In this document: one piece after another, positions 8,683-17,636 of the stretch
Numbering within the stretch: the first letter of the stretch is position 1
How the letters are laid out: each line of letters begins with the position of its first letter
Origin: a virus
Lineage: Duplodnaviria; Caudoviricetes
DNA: 38,622 bases
IMG/VR virus record: IMGVR_UViG_3300030330_004114
Span: 1-38,622 of that record
Strand: one strand, 5' to 3'
Notes under the pieces: generated by a model
What the model was told of the DNA's origin: nothing
Seen by the model: the letters and a program-made list of their open reading frames with translations, nothing else
Database searches by the model: none
Program-made: the position numbers and the translations under genes

Positions 8683-9158
8683 AATCGTTCCATTCCCGTG
8701 ATACGTGGTGCCTGATATGCTGACTGTCGAAACACCACCACGGCTGATGGAAATGGTGCGCTATTTGTCTCGTCACCAAACTTAATACGACCACGGACAA
8801 AACGAATCTCGTCTGCTTTCATCACATAGTCGTGCCAATACTTGGTATCGGTACGAGCAGGAATAAGCATAACAACTATCGTGTTGTCCTTTTGTCCTTC
8901 TTCATAGCCCTTCTTTACCCAATCTTTTAGAGCACGCCCATAAGGTGGGTTCAGAAATACTCGGTTACCAGACCAGTCCTGGGACAGAGCATTGTCTGCC
9001 TCAGTGTAGTGGTTGGCAACCTTGTAGTTATCAGCCGAGGCGGCGGCATCCAAGGTAAATGGACCAAAGATGCCGTCGAGCTTGTCAAAGAAAGATTGGG
9101 GCGTAGCCCAATCATTTGACTTTGAACTAAACATTAGTTTTGTTGTGTTTTTATCCAC
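8679..9158 (-). CDS. Phage N6-adenine DNA methyltransferase (lambdoid/T1 Dam-like)
   Basis: WATPQSFFD, FTLDAAA, FLNPPYG, LIPARTDT, GRIKF, APFPS. The start is probably GTG 9158 or ATG ~9134 rather than 9227. Confidence 0.9.
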   Translation of the reverse strand: MDKNTTKLMFSSKSNDWATPQSFFDKLDGIFGPFTLDAAASADNYKVANHYTEADNALSQDWSGNRVFLNPPYGRALKDWVKKGYEEGQKDNTIVVMLIPARTDTKYWHDYVMKADEIRFVRGRIKFGDETNSAPFPSAVVVFRQSAYQAPRITGMERL

Positions 9159-9597
9159 CAGTGCTCCCAAGGGCTCCGTCGCCCCTGTTAGAAATAGTGA
9201 TTGCTTGGCGATACAAATCATCGCCAATCAGTTGTGGTCGAAACGCGACGACAGGCACCATAACAAGCTGTGCTATCTTGTCGCCATATCTTACAGTCTG
9301 TCTTTTTTCTCCAACATTGTGAAGATTGATAAATACTTCTCCATCATACCCAGAATCGATTACGTGGGCACCAACCATCAAACTACGCTTAGCTGCTATG
9401 CTTGAGCGATTCATAACTTGCAACATGTATCCGTGGGGGATACCAAACTTTAAGCCAGTCGGAATGATCACGGACTCACCCGGATCAACCTCTACCTCTT
9501 CTCTTAGGTTTGCATACACGTCCAGTCCAGCATCAGATGGGTTGGAACGTGATGGTACCTTTACATACTTGTCGAGTCGCTGATATTCAATAATCAC
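9151..9597 (-). CDS. dut: dUTPase (trimeric)
   Basis: AGLDV, RSS, VIDSGYDGE, IAQLV, RGDGALGSTG motifs. Confidence 0.96.
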   Translation of the reverse strand: MIIEYQRLDKYVKVPSRSNPSDAGLDVYANLREEVEVDPGESVIIPTGLKFGIPHGYMLQVMNRSSIAAKRSLMVGAHVIDSGYDGEVFINLHNVGEKRQTVRYGDKIAQLVMVPVVAFRPQLIGDDLYRQAITISNRGDGALGSTGG

Positions 9598-9851
9598 GCT
9601 TCCTCCTCGGTCTCGCCCGAAAGCGCCTTGTAGTTGTCGTAAACATCATCAATGTTTACCTTGCCCTTGAACAGACGGTAAGCCTTTACAGCCGCACGGA
9701 TCTCGTCGGTGTTAAGCCAGCCCTGCTCTCGGTACTCGGTGCGCAGTTCGCGCTTCTGCTCCTTGTAAGGCTCCATAGCCTCTTCGATTGCCACGAGCGA
9801 ACGGATGTACTCCAGCACGTAGCGCTTCTTTTCTTCGGTCGATGTAGACAT
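9594..9851 (-). CDS. Small helical protein, possibly T4 DsbA/GapR-like dsDNA-binding
   Basis: YIRSLVAIEEAMEPYKEQKRELRTEY...IRAAVKAYR coiled-coil pattern, with an AGGAGG SD and its own promoter. Confidence 0.5.
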   Translation of the reverse strand: MSTSTEEKKRYVLEYIRSLVAIEEAMEPYKEQKRELRTEYREQGWLNTDEIRAAVKAYRLFKGKVNIDDVYDNYKALSGETEEEA

Positions 9852-9874
9852 AGTGTCCTCCTTGTTATGTTTGT

Positions 9875-9903
9875 AATGTAACCGGGTGATCGCCTGCTGT
9901 CAA
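9875..9903 (-). promoter_or_regulatory. sigma70-type promoter
   Basis: TTGACA-17-TACATT. The -35 box contains the TGA stop of the upstream gene. Confidence 0.75.
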
Positions 9904-11315
9904 GCGGGCGGGCGCTGAAAATCGAAATGAGGGTCGTTTGAGTTGGGACCTTTCTTCCTATTTTCTTGTATCGTCATTAATTCAGCATTTTCAATAATGG
10001 TTTCACCACCGTCGCGGACTGAAATCATGTGATCAGCTTCATACTTTCCAAGATATAAATCTGAGATTGCTATGGATTCACCATTTCTTGTTTTATTTTT
10101 TTGAAGAGCGCTCAATTTAAGCTTATCATCAAAAGTAAATTGGTCTTTTGGGGTTCTTTTGCGTTTAAGGACTCCCTTTGAGATAAAGGAATCTACTTCT
10201 TGTTCTATTACAGATTCCATAAGTTTTCTCACATTAATCCAGCTAAATCTGTGAGACCAGTTATTAGTCCAATGAAGATATGATAGGTCTGTTTGATTTT
10301 CAGTTGCCACTTTTGCTGAAATTTCTCTGAACTCAGCATCTTTTGTCAAGAACCAATTTAAAATTTCTTTGTAATTTTTCTTATTTATATCATACCCTTT
10401 ATCAATTATAAGGATATGAATAAACTCAAATAGGTTTTGTATTTGTCCTTTTGATAGTTTCTTTTTAAACGGTCCTGGCAAGGTTTTTTGCATCTTCTTG
10501 CAAACAGAGAAAATATCGTCTAAAGATGTAATTGTTTTCGGCTTAAGCGACTCCGTACTCTCGTAAAAGGAATCTAGATACTTTTTCGTTAGAGCATAAT
10601 TGTTATGACTCTTTTCTATTTTCATAGCCAACGCAGCAATCAGTTCTTCGTGTGAACGCTTATCCAAGTCTTGCTCATTTGAGTAAACAAAGTGTGTAAA
10701 AAATGTTTTCATATCTTCGCCGTATTGACGAATTTGCTGTGACAATGGCGACCATCGGGCTTGCCGCCATTCTTGGGCATTAAGCCTTGTTTGCATATTA
10801 AGGTTTCTAAATAAGTCGCACATTTCATCAAGTGTTATCCTTCTAAGGATAATGACGTTGACTTTTTCTGAATATTTGATTTCCTCTTGGTCGTCTTCTG
10901 TTAATGCAGAAAATCTGATTTTGTTAGAATAATCTACATGATTAATTTTTAAATCTTCATGATCTTGAATAAAAGCAGTGAGGTAGCTGGCAGTGTTGTT
11001 GCCATCAATGCTGACATATTTATATCCGCGAGACTGTACGTCTTTAAAATAATCAATGGACTTAATATCGTTAATTTCTTGTACATATTTTAGTGACGAC
11101 TCAACTTCAACATTAATAACATTATTGAATGTTGCACCTTGTATAAAGTTTTCAATAAAACTCTGACCATTTTTTACGGTCCAGCCGGAGCCTCTGCTTA
11201 TGCCCCCCCATCGTTGAAAGTTTCCATCGAGCAGAGTGCTATTATACATTTTTAGTAGCATGTTGAGAGTCTTCTTGCTCTCTTTAGCATCATATTTGTC
11301 AGTCATCATGGACAT
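9900..11315 (-). CDS. DUF262 (ParB/Srx-like, GmrS-type) domain protein with a C-terminal HNH nuclease
   Basis: FQRW...W, SIDGNNT (DGQQR variant), LFRNLN, and C-terminal EADHMISVRDGGETIIENAELMTIQEN. Visibly AT-richer than its flanks. Confidence 0.72.
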   Translation of the reverse strand: MSMMTDKYDAKESKKTLNMLLKMYNSTLLDGNFQRWGGISRGSGWTVKNGQSFIENFIQGATFNNVINVEVESSLKYVQEINDIKSIDYFKDVQSRGYKYVSIDGNNTASYLTAFIQDHEDLKINHVDYSNKIRFSALTEDDQEEIKYSEKVNVIILRRITLDEMCDLFRNLNMQTRLNAQEWRQARWSPLSQQIRQYGEDMKTFFTHFVYSNEQDLDKRSHEELIAALAMKIEKSHNNYALTKKYLDSFYESTESLKPKTITSLDDIFSVCKKMQKTLPGPFKKKLSKGQIQNLFEFIHILIIDKGYDINKKNYKEILNWFLTKDAEFREISAKVATENQTDLSYLHWTNNWSHRFSWINVRKLMESVIEQEVDSFISKGVLKRKRTPKDQFTFDDKLKLSALQKNKTRNGESIAISDLYLGKYEADHMISVRDGGETIIENAELMTIQENRKKGPNSNDPHFDFQRPPA

Positions 11316-11340
11316 TTAAGTCTCTCCTAATTACACTTAT

Positions 11341-11369
11341 ATTTTATCAGGTCACGCTGCTGCTGTCAA
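11341..11369 (-). promoter_or_regulatory. sigma70-type promoter
   Basis: TTGACA-17-TAAAAT, with the -35 box in the last codons of uvsE. Confidence 0.75.
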
Positions 11370-12308
11370 GCGTGCAGCGTCATTTTTTCTAAGCCCGAAC
11401 AGGGCGAGTTCCTTAGCCTTCGCCTCAATCATCACATCGAGGTCGTAGCCGTAGTCGTCAATCGGTCCATTGACGAAATCTGAGTGTGCGTGGGCACGAA
11501 TCTTAGAGTCTTTCTTTTCTTCTGCTCTCGACTCTGAATAATGGACTACCGGCTTAATGTCCCCCCACGTCGAGATCGCAATCTCCAAGGCATCTTTTTC
11601 ACCAATACCACCAGTACAAAACCCGTGATGATGATAATCAAACACAATCGGAATCCCAGTACGAGGATAGACTCCTTCAAAGAGTTCCAGCGTTGAATAA
11701 AGCGATTCACGATCATCGTTCTCTACGGTTAGGCGGGAAGTGATTGATTCCGGTAGACGTTCAAAGTTCCTTACAAAAGTATCTAGTGCGACCGGCTTGT
11801 TTCCGTATGCCGCACCGACGTGAATGTTGATCTTTGCGTAGTGATTGCGAGGTAGTCCAAGCATATCAAAGAACTCACCATGGATCTCCAAGTCTCTCTT
11901 TGTGTTCTGGAACACTTTCTCGTTTGGAGAAGCCAGCTTGTTGAATGGTCCTGGGTGAGAAGTCAGGCGAATGCCGTGCTCTCGGGCATAGTTGCCTGCT
12001 CGCTCACATGCCTCATAGATTGCTTCATAGTCGGGCATATCGCAGAGTTGATACTCTGACGCCCAAGGGAAGACGTTGGAGGACAGACGGAAGAAATGGA
12101 TCCCGTGCTCAACATTCCATTCGAGAACCTTCTGGAGATCAAGTACATTTTGGAGAGACAAGGAGGACGCATACTCGATCCCCTTCTCTTGAAAAGTTCT
12201 CTTGATCATGGAGCGATTGGTGGTGATTCTATCTTTCTTCTTGCCACCAAAATCTTGTGGGTTAGACAACTGCATGTTTATGCAGGCGTATCCATAGTTC
12301 TTCGGCAT
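11352..12308 (-). CDS. uvsE: UV damage endonuclease UvsE/UVDE
   Basis: GYACIN, FFRLSS, RLTSHPG, NIHVG, LTVENDD, VFDYHHH, HYSES, HSD, MIEAKAKE. Confidence 0.95.
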   Translation of the reverse strand: MPKNYGYACINMQLSNPQDFGGKKKDRITTNRSMIKRTFQEKGIEYASSLSLQNVLDLQKVLEWNVEHGIHFFRLSSNVFPWASEYQLCDMPDYEAIYEACERAGNYAREHGIRLTSHPGPFNKLASPNEKVFQNTKRDLEIHGEFFDMLGLPRNHYAKINIHVGAAYGNKPVALDTFVRNFERLPESITSRLTVENDDRESLYSTLELFEGVYPRTGIPIVFDYHHHGFCTGGIGEKDALEIAISTWGDIKPVVHYSESRAEEKKDSKIRAHAHSDFVNGPIDDYGYDLDVMIEAKAKELALFGLRKNDAARLTAAA

Positions 12309-12329
12309 CTGTCCTCCAACGTTGTATAT

Positions 12330-12358
12330 AATATAATCTATTTGGCTGCGGTTGTCAA
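12330..12358 (-). promoter_or_regulatory. sigma70-type promoter
   Basis: TTGACA-17-TATATT, with the -35 box in the last codons of purA. Confidence 0.75.
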
Positions 12359-13348
12359 GTGGTTTTGTTCGTAAATATTCTCGACATTATCTGAGAAGTA
12401 CACCTTGTCGACGCCACGGGTGGGTCCGAACTCACTATTCAGATGATCTCGGAAGTGTCGTTCGCCGTGGATACGACCCTTGGTTGTGCCCCAGATTCCA
12501 ATCTCACGAAGAACATCCATCTTGTTCACGACGAGACGATTGACCCCGTTCATGTGAATAGCTTGGCGGACTTCGTCTACGTTTATCCAGTTACATTGCC
12601 TGACGCGACCCGTAGTGGCTCCAAATTCTTGCCCAACCTCTTGGATGCGGTCAAAAACTTCTTCATCTGGCTGGAACTGCCGCTTGCCTACGTAAGTCTC
12701 ATAAGCCTTAATAACACCCCAAACATTACGGAGCGAGCGCGGATTGATGCCATTTTGAATGGCAGCAGCCACACCAGTGTGTGAGGAGGTAACATAGGGA
12801 TAATCGCCCCAATCTGGATCGAGCCAGAAGCCCTGTGCTCCCTCCATGAGAATAATTGTATGTCCTGACAATTCTTCGTAGATGTCTACTAGGAAAGGCT
12901 GAAGAGCAGGTACATCAATGGCGCGGACGCCAGTACGACCATACTTATCACGATAAGCAGGCCCGTTACCAGTTCTAGTCGTTCCGATAGTTTCGTCAGT
13001 GCTGTCTTCGGCTTTGTGTTCTTCGGTGATAACATGAGCATTTTTTGCAATCCTTAGATGTTCTCTCACGGGGATTCCGTGAGATTCTAAGTAGTCTATC
13101 TCCTGTTGAAGTTTCACCGGATCTACAACACAGCCGTTGCCAATTATCGATGTAACACCGAAAAAGACCCCTGCTGGGATATGGTGGGTAACAAACTTTT
13201 TTCCATTATGGAAGATCGTATGTCCAGCATTGCACCCACCGTTAAAACGAACACAGTGTGTGTATTCGCCGTTTTTCAGCAAGTGGTGGGTAACCTTGCC
13301 CTTTCCTTCGTCTCCATGCTGGAGACCTAGGACGATGTCTGTAATCAA
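12338..13348 (-). CDS. purA: Adenylosuccinate synthetase (short form)
   Basis: GDEGKGK, GGCNAGHT, IGTTRTGNGPAY, EGAQG, YPYVTSS, EFGATTGRVR, NKMD. Probable TTG start at 13348 after a GGAGG SD. Confidence 0.95.
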   Translation of the reverse strand: MITDIVLGLQHGDEGKGKVTHHLLKNGEYTHCVRFNGGCNAGHTIFHNGKKFVTHHIPAGVFFGVTSIIGNGCVVDPVKLQQEIDYLESHGIPVREHLRIAKNAHVITEEHKAEDSTDETIGTTRTGNGPAYRDKYGRTGVRAIDVPALQPFLVDIYEELSGHTIILMEGAQGFWLDPDWGDYPYVTSSHTGVAAAIQNGINPRSLRNVWGVIKAYETYVGKRQFQPDEEVFDRIQEVGQEFGATTGRVRQCNWINVDEVRQAIHMNGVNRLVVNKMDVLREIGIWGTTKGRIHGERHFRDHLNSEFGPTRGVDKVYFSDNVENIYEQNHLTTAAK

Positions 13349-13455
13349 GTTTCCTCCTTGTGGTTGCACTTGTACCAGTATCGTAACATGGGAAGCGAAC
13401 TAATGCAAGCGAAAATTGCACCCCATTCGCCGTGACAGTTTAACAGATGTTCCAT
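13345..13455 (-). CDS. Unannotated 36-aa small protein
   Basis: MEHLLNCHGEWGAIFACISSLPMLRYWYKCNHKEET*. GAGG SD upstream, and the stop overlaps the purA start (TTGA). Confidence 0.6.
   Translation of the reverse strand: MEHLLNCHGEWGAIFACISSLPMLRYWYKCNHKEET
13380..13408 (-). promoter_or_regulatory. sigma70-type promoter upstream of purA
   Basis: TTGCAT-17-TACGAT with TG just upstream of the -10 box. Confidence 0.55.
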
Positions 13456-13463
13456 TGTGACCT

Positions 13464-14153
13464 CTAAATCTGGAAAATTTGCCTCAAAAAATTTTTAACG
13501 ATCTTCTCTTTTTCATCAATAGTTTCGCATTCAGAAAAAACATAGTTATATGTGTGCTTCTCTGCTTGAATCTGCTGATTGAGTTGTTTAATTCTCGCTT
13601 TCATCCAACGGGTTTGCTGTTTGTAATTTTTGGGCATCCTTATGTTGAACTTCTCGGACATCTCCAAGAGGAGAAAGTAATCGCCGTTGTCGAGCGCTTG
13701 CTTTGCGTCCTTGAACATAGATAATCTAACCTCTCGCTCCTCCGCTGTCAAGCCTACGGCGCGGTCGGGATGCAAATTCAATGCAAGCTTCTTGAACAAA
13801 TCTTTGAACGCTCGTCTCATCTCATCGTGGTCCTTCTCTTCAACAAACAACTCCTCAACAGGCGGGGCGTTCTCTGTAAAATGGTTCTCGGAAATGACCA
13901 TCTTTCCCTCATGCACCTTTTGTTGTTCTTCTTGTATCGCTTGGAATTGTTCCTTTGCTTTAGCTTCCCTGACACTCTTCTCTTGATTTAGTTTGTTCAA
14001 GTTTATGCCATTTTGCTCGCAGTATTCCTCCATAAACATGTGAAACTCAACACCATGGGTGCGACAGATCTCTTTGATAAGTTCTAGCTCGCTGTGCTTA
14101 AACTTGATTTCATTTAAGGCACGCTTCCATTTAAGTAAGTCTCTAGCTCTCAT
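13464..14153 (-). CDS. J-domain-containing (DnaJ-like) protein
   Basis: FKDLFKKLALNLHPDR...MFKDAKQAL gives J-domain helices II-III with HPD. ATG at 14153 after GGAGG. Confidence 0.75.
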   Translation of the reverse strand: MRARDLLKWKRALNEIKFKHSELELIKEICRTHGVEFHMFMEEYCEQNGINLNKLNQEKSVREAKAKEQFQAIQEEQQKVHEGKMVISENHFTENAPPVEELFVEEKDHDEMRRAFKDLFKKLALNLHPDRAVGLTAEEREVRLSMFKDAKQALDNGDYFLLLEMSEKFNIRMPKNYKQQTRWMKARIKQLNQQIQAEKHTYNYVFSECETIDEKEKIVKNFLRQIFQI

Positions 14154-14160
14154 AAAAGAA

Positions 14161-14185
14161 CCTCCCACCTTAAATAGATGGGAGG
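14161..14185 (-). promoter_or_regulatory. Hairpin spanning the CTATTTA motif, with the SD in its 3' arm
   Basis: Minus strand CCTCCCATCT-ATTTA-AGGTGGGAGG, followed 7 nt later by ATG. Confidence 0.6.
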
Positions 14186-14192
14186 CAGATGG

Positions 14193-17100
14193 TTACCCTA
14201 GCAGTCTAAAGTTTCTGTAGACTGACCGAGTGGAAAATCCCCATTTCGGGCAGTATTGTAGTCGTGACATGTAAGGGCGATTGATGTGAATCTTATCTTT
14301 CCTTGGATCTACGCCCCAACACTTAATCTTTTCTGTCTCATTATTGGAATCAATCACTTCCACAATCCAAAAGTCCTTACCCTTCTTTGTCTTCTTTGGA
14401 ATCACCTTCCGAGGAATAAACCAGCAGATCTGTAGTGCCTCATCAAACTCGGAGATGGGGGGGATAAACTTTTCTTTTAGTTTCTCAATAGTTTCGACGC
14501 TGATAACCAAGTTCATTGGGAACACCCCAGTCAGATCAGTTTTGAACTGGATAATCTCTGCTTCGGAGAAGTCTCCTTCGCCTCTGTAGAGTTCAATGTT
14601 CTCGTGGAACTTTTTCTTTGTCTTTGGTCTCTCAACCACTGTCGCACACCAGAAGTGCTTACGACCAGTGAACCTATCATCAATGAGTGAATCCATAGCC
14701 CCAGCACGGCATAGAGCATCAAGAGCCTTTTTGTTGAGTTTGGCATACTTAATCTCTTCTCGGAACAAAAGATCCTCAATGTCAACAAATGGTCTGTTGT
14801 CTAGAATCTGAGCCATAGCAGAATCACCAAAGCCCTTGATGCTTGTAAGCGGCTGGATAAGGGTTCGACCATCTTTGCCAATCTCCCACGTCTTACCAGA
14901 AGTATTTACATCAACTGGTGCGATGGTGTAGCCCAGAGACTTGGCAATGTTGATTGCATTCTCTTTCTTGCTCTCGGGCTCTTTGTCAAGGAAAGCGGCG
15001 AGCCACTCTGCTTCGTAGTAAGTTAGAAGCCAAGCACACTGATACGAGATAATAGAATAGGACACAGCGTGAGACTTGTTGAAGCCATAGCCAGAGAAGT
15101 ATTCAAACTTTTCCCATAGACTTTGTGCCTCGCCTTGAGCGATACCCTTTTCTACACAGCCATCAATAAACTTTTTGTGGATTCTATCTTTTACCTCAAA
15201 GCCTTTGCCTGTTCCCTTCTTGGTCAGAAGCTTGCGAAGCAAGTTACCCTCGTCAAGAGTCAAATCCTTGCCGAGAACGTGAGCAATCTTAGCAATCTGC
15301 TCCTGAAAGATAAGGAAGCCAAAGGTTTCTTCGGTAATCTCTTGAACTTCGGGAGTCAGATACTTGATATACTGTGGACTTTCCTTGGCATCAATGTAAT
15401 CCTCGTTAACATTTGCTGAGAGAGGACCCGGACGATAGATAGAAGTGATAGCAGAAACATCAATGATGTTGTTTGGCTTTACACGCTTGGCAAAACTCTG
15501 GGCGCCATCTTCAGTGAACTGGAAAGTACCAACAAACTTGCCTTTGTGGAAAACATTTTTGTAGACTCTCTCGTCGTCAAGATTGATTACATCAGGGTGG
15601 AGGTTCTTATCATAGAAATCCTTGATTTGTTTGAAAGTTGGCTCCGCAACGCTGTGGTGGCGCTTGAGGATCAATTCAATTGCAGTCTCCATCATGGCAA
15701 GAGTAGAGAGCCCAAGCAAATCAAACTTGATGAAGCCCATTGGCTCCAAGTGACGGACGTTCTGACCCTCGGACCAAGGCGTCTGTCGAACACCCTTGGA
15801 GTTGATAAGGGGCATACTCTTATCCAAGTCTTCGGCAATCACAACACCACCAGCGTGACGGGAGGCAGAACGCACCTGACCGACAAGAGCCTTAACATGT
15901 GTCTTGACATTTGGATACTTACTCAAGAAAGCCTTGAGTGAGCCAGAAAATTCTAGAACCTCCTGCCAAGTAGGATTGTAGAGACCAGCCTTGATGCCAT
16001 GCTTCTGCTTGGCAAGTGGAGTTGCTTCCTTGATCATTGCGTTAGTGACGATGTTTACCTCACCAAACGGAATGCCATATAGTTTTGAGATATCCTTGAT
16101 AAGAGACTTCAACTGAAGAGTATTCCAGTTTGAGATTGGAGCAACACAATCCTCACCCCACAACTCAATCAGCTTATCTTTCAACTCCATAGGGCGGCTG
16201 ATGTCGTAGTCGATGTCTGGGTAGTCCTTGGCATCGGAGCGCAAGAAGCGAGAGAAGAGGAGGTCATATTTGATGGGATCAACCTGTGTGATTCCGAGAG
16301 CATACGCAACAAGCGAGCCAGCAGCAGAGCCACGACCGGGACCAGCCAACATCATTGTATCTGTAACATCAACAATCGCCTTCATGGTCAAGAAGTATTT
16401 TGAGAAGCCACGGTCATCAATGACTTTTAACTCACTTTTGAGACGCTGCAAATATTCTTTATTATCTGCAAGCTCCATCTTGCGGAGACCTTCAAGCGAA
16501 AAGTTGATTAGTGCTTCAGTTGCGGTGTGTCCAGCAGGCACAACAAAGGAAGGAAGACGAACGGTGTTGTCAGGCAGAAAGTTCTCAATGCGATCAAACG
16601 CAATGCGGTGTGTCTCTTCAATACTACGCAACACAAGGTCGTCATCATACTCTGCACCGCAGGAGGCTGAATACTTTTTGTACGACTCCCACATTTCATC
16701 GCCGTTCTTTGGATACAACTCATACCCAATCTCTTCAACAGAGACAGGCAGTTCGCTTTCGGTATCAGCCCATTGGGGACGACCCTTTCCAAGCCAGCCA
16801 AGCCGCTTGTATAGTTCGCGGTCCTTCCAGGCATCACGGTTTGGATAGTGTGAGTCTGCGGTCGAGATTACTTTGACACCAAACTCATCACAAACTTGAA
16901 TGACAAACTTGTTGAGTTCATGCTGTTCGGGAACATTGTTCCACTGAATCTCTCCGTGCCAACGATCACCGAACACATCAAGCATGTTGCGGGTTGTTTC
17001 GCGCATTGCCTCAAGCACAGCCTCTGGTCCTTCTTCTCGGTTCTCCCAGTAGTTACCGGCATAGACGCCGCCAAGACAAGCAGACGAAGCGATGATGCCT

Positions 17101-17636
17101 TCACCATACTCCTTGAGCATCTTGTAATCCATACGAGGATAACGATAGAAGTTCTCGTCTTTGTAAGACTCGGACACCAGCTTGAACAGATTGTTCAGAC
17201 CTGTCTGGTTCTGGGCAAGAAGAACAAGGTGTCGGCGGCGGCGTAGAACATTGCTGCTCTTACCCTTACTAGCGCCTTCGTCTTCAACAGATGCAGCAGA
17301 CGCACCAGCCTTCTTGGCTTGACGTGCCTTCTTCTTGTCGAGCATAGCCTGCTCGTATTCTTCTTTCCACTCTTCGATAGAGGGGATGAAGTATGCTTCG
17401 CAACCAAAGATAGGCTTGAAGTCCTTGCCCTCTGCCTTCATCTTCTTTGCGTGTAGCACCTGATAAGACAGACCATTCATGTTACCGTGGTCAGTCAGTG
17501 CAAGTGCATCAGACCCGTTGGAGTATGCAAACTCCATGTGGTCCTGTGGGAAGCCCAGTCCATCAAAGATAGACCCGGCTACGCTGTGGGCGTGCAGCCC
17601 GACAAACTTGATTTTGCTTTTAGTTCTCTCGCTCAT
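14193..17636 (-). CDS. dnaE: DNA polymerase III alpha subunit (family C)
   Basis: PHP motifs LHAHS, TDHG, ADSHY; GRGSAAGSLVAY; catalytic PDIDYD; RHAGGVV; KFDLLGL; YGFNKSHAVSY. Confidence 0.97.
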   Translation of the reverse strand: MSERTKSKIKFVGLHAHSVAGSIFDGLGFPQDHMEFAYSNGSDALALTDHGNMNGLSYQVLHAKKMKAEGKDFKPIFGCEAYFIPSIEEWKEEYEQAMLDKKKARQAKKAGASAASVEDEGASKGKSSNVLRRRRHLVLLAQNQTGLNNLFKLVSESYKDENFYRYPRMDYKMLKEYGEGIIASSACLGGVYAGNYWENREEGPEAVLEAMRETTRNMLDVFGDRWHGEIQWNNVPEQHELNKFVIQVCDEFGVKVISTADSHYPNRDAWKDRELYKRLGWLGKGRPQWADTESELPVSVEEIGYELYPKNGDEMWESYKKYSASCGAEYDDDLVLRSIEETHRIAFDRIENFLPDNTVRLPSFVVPAGHTATEALINFSLEGLRKMELADNKEYLQRLKSELKVIDDRGFSKYFLTMKAIVDVTDTMMLAGPGRGSAAGSLVAYALGITQVDPIKYDLLFSRFLRSDAKDYPDIDYDISRPMELKDKLIELWGEDCVAPISNWNTLQLKSLIKDISKLYGIPFGEVNIVTNAMIKEATPLAKQKHGIKAGLYNPTWQEVLEFSGSLKAFLSKYPNVKTHVKALVGQVRSASRHAGGVVIAEDLDKSMPLINSKGVRQTPWSEGQNVRHLEPMGFIKFDLLGLSTLAMMETAIELILKRHHSVAEPTFKQIKDFYDKNLHPDVINLDDERVYKNVFHKGKFVGTFQFTEDGAQSFAKRVKPNNIIDVSAITSIYRPGPLSANVNEDYIDAKESPQYIKYLTPEVQEITEETFGFLIFQEQIAKIAHVLGKDLTLDEGNLLRKLLTKKGTGKGFEVKDRIHKKFIDGCVEKGIAQGEAQSLWEKFEYFSGYGFNKSHAVSYSIISYQCAWLLTYYEAEWLAAFLDKEPESKKENAINIAKSLGYTIAPVDVNTSGKTWEIGKDGRTLIQPLTSIKGFGDSAMAQILDNRPFVDIEDLLFREEIKYAKLNKKALDALCRAGAMDSLIDDRFTGRKHFWCATVVERPKTKKKFHENIELYRGEGDFSEAEIIQFKTDLTGVFPMNLVISVETIEKLKEKFIPPISEFDEALQICWFIPRKVIPKKTKKGKDFWIVEVIDSNNETEKIKCWGVDPRKDKIHINRPYMSRLQYCPKWGFSTRSVYRNFRLLG

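Noticed and set aside
12338-13348. PurZ (2-aminoadenine, Z-genome) pathway
   Set aside because: The enzyme keeps the PurA catalytic Asp (GDEGKG) where PurZ has Ser. No dATPase (DatZ) or MazZ-like neighbours are visible.
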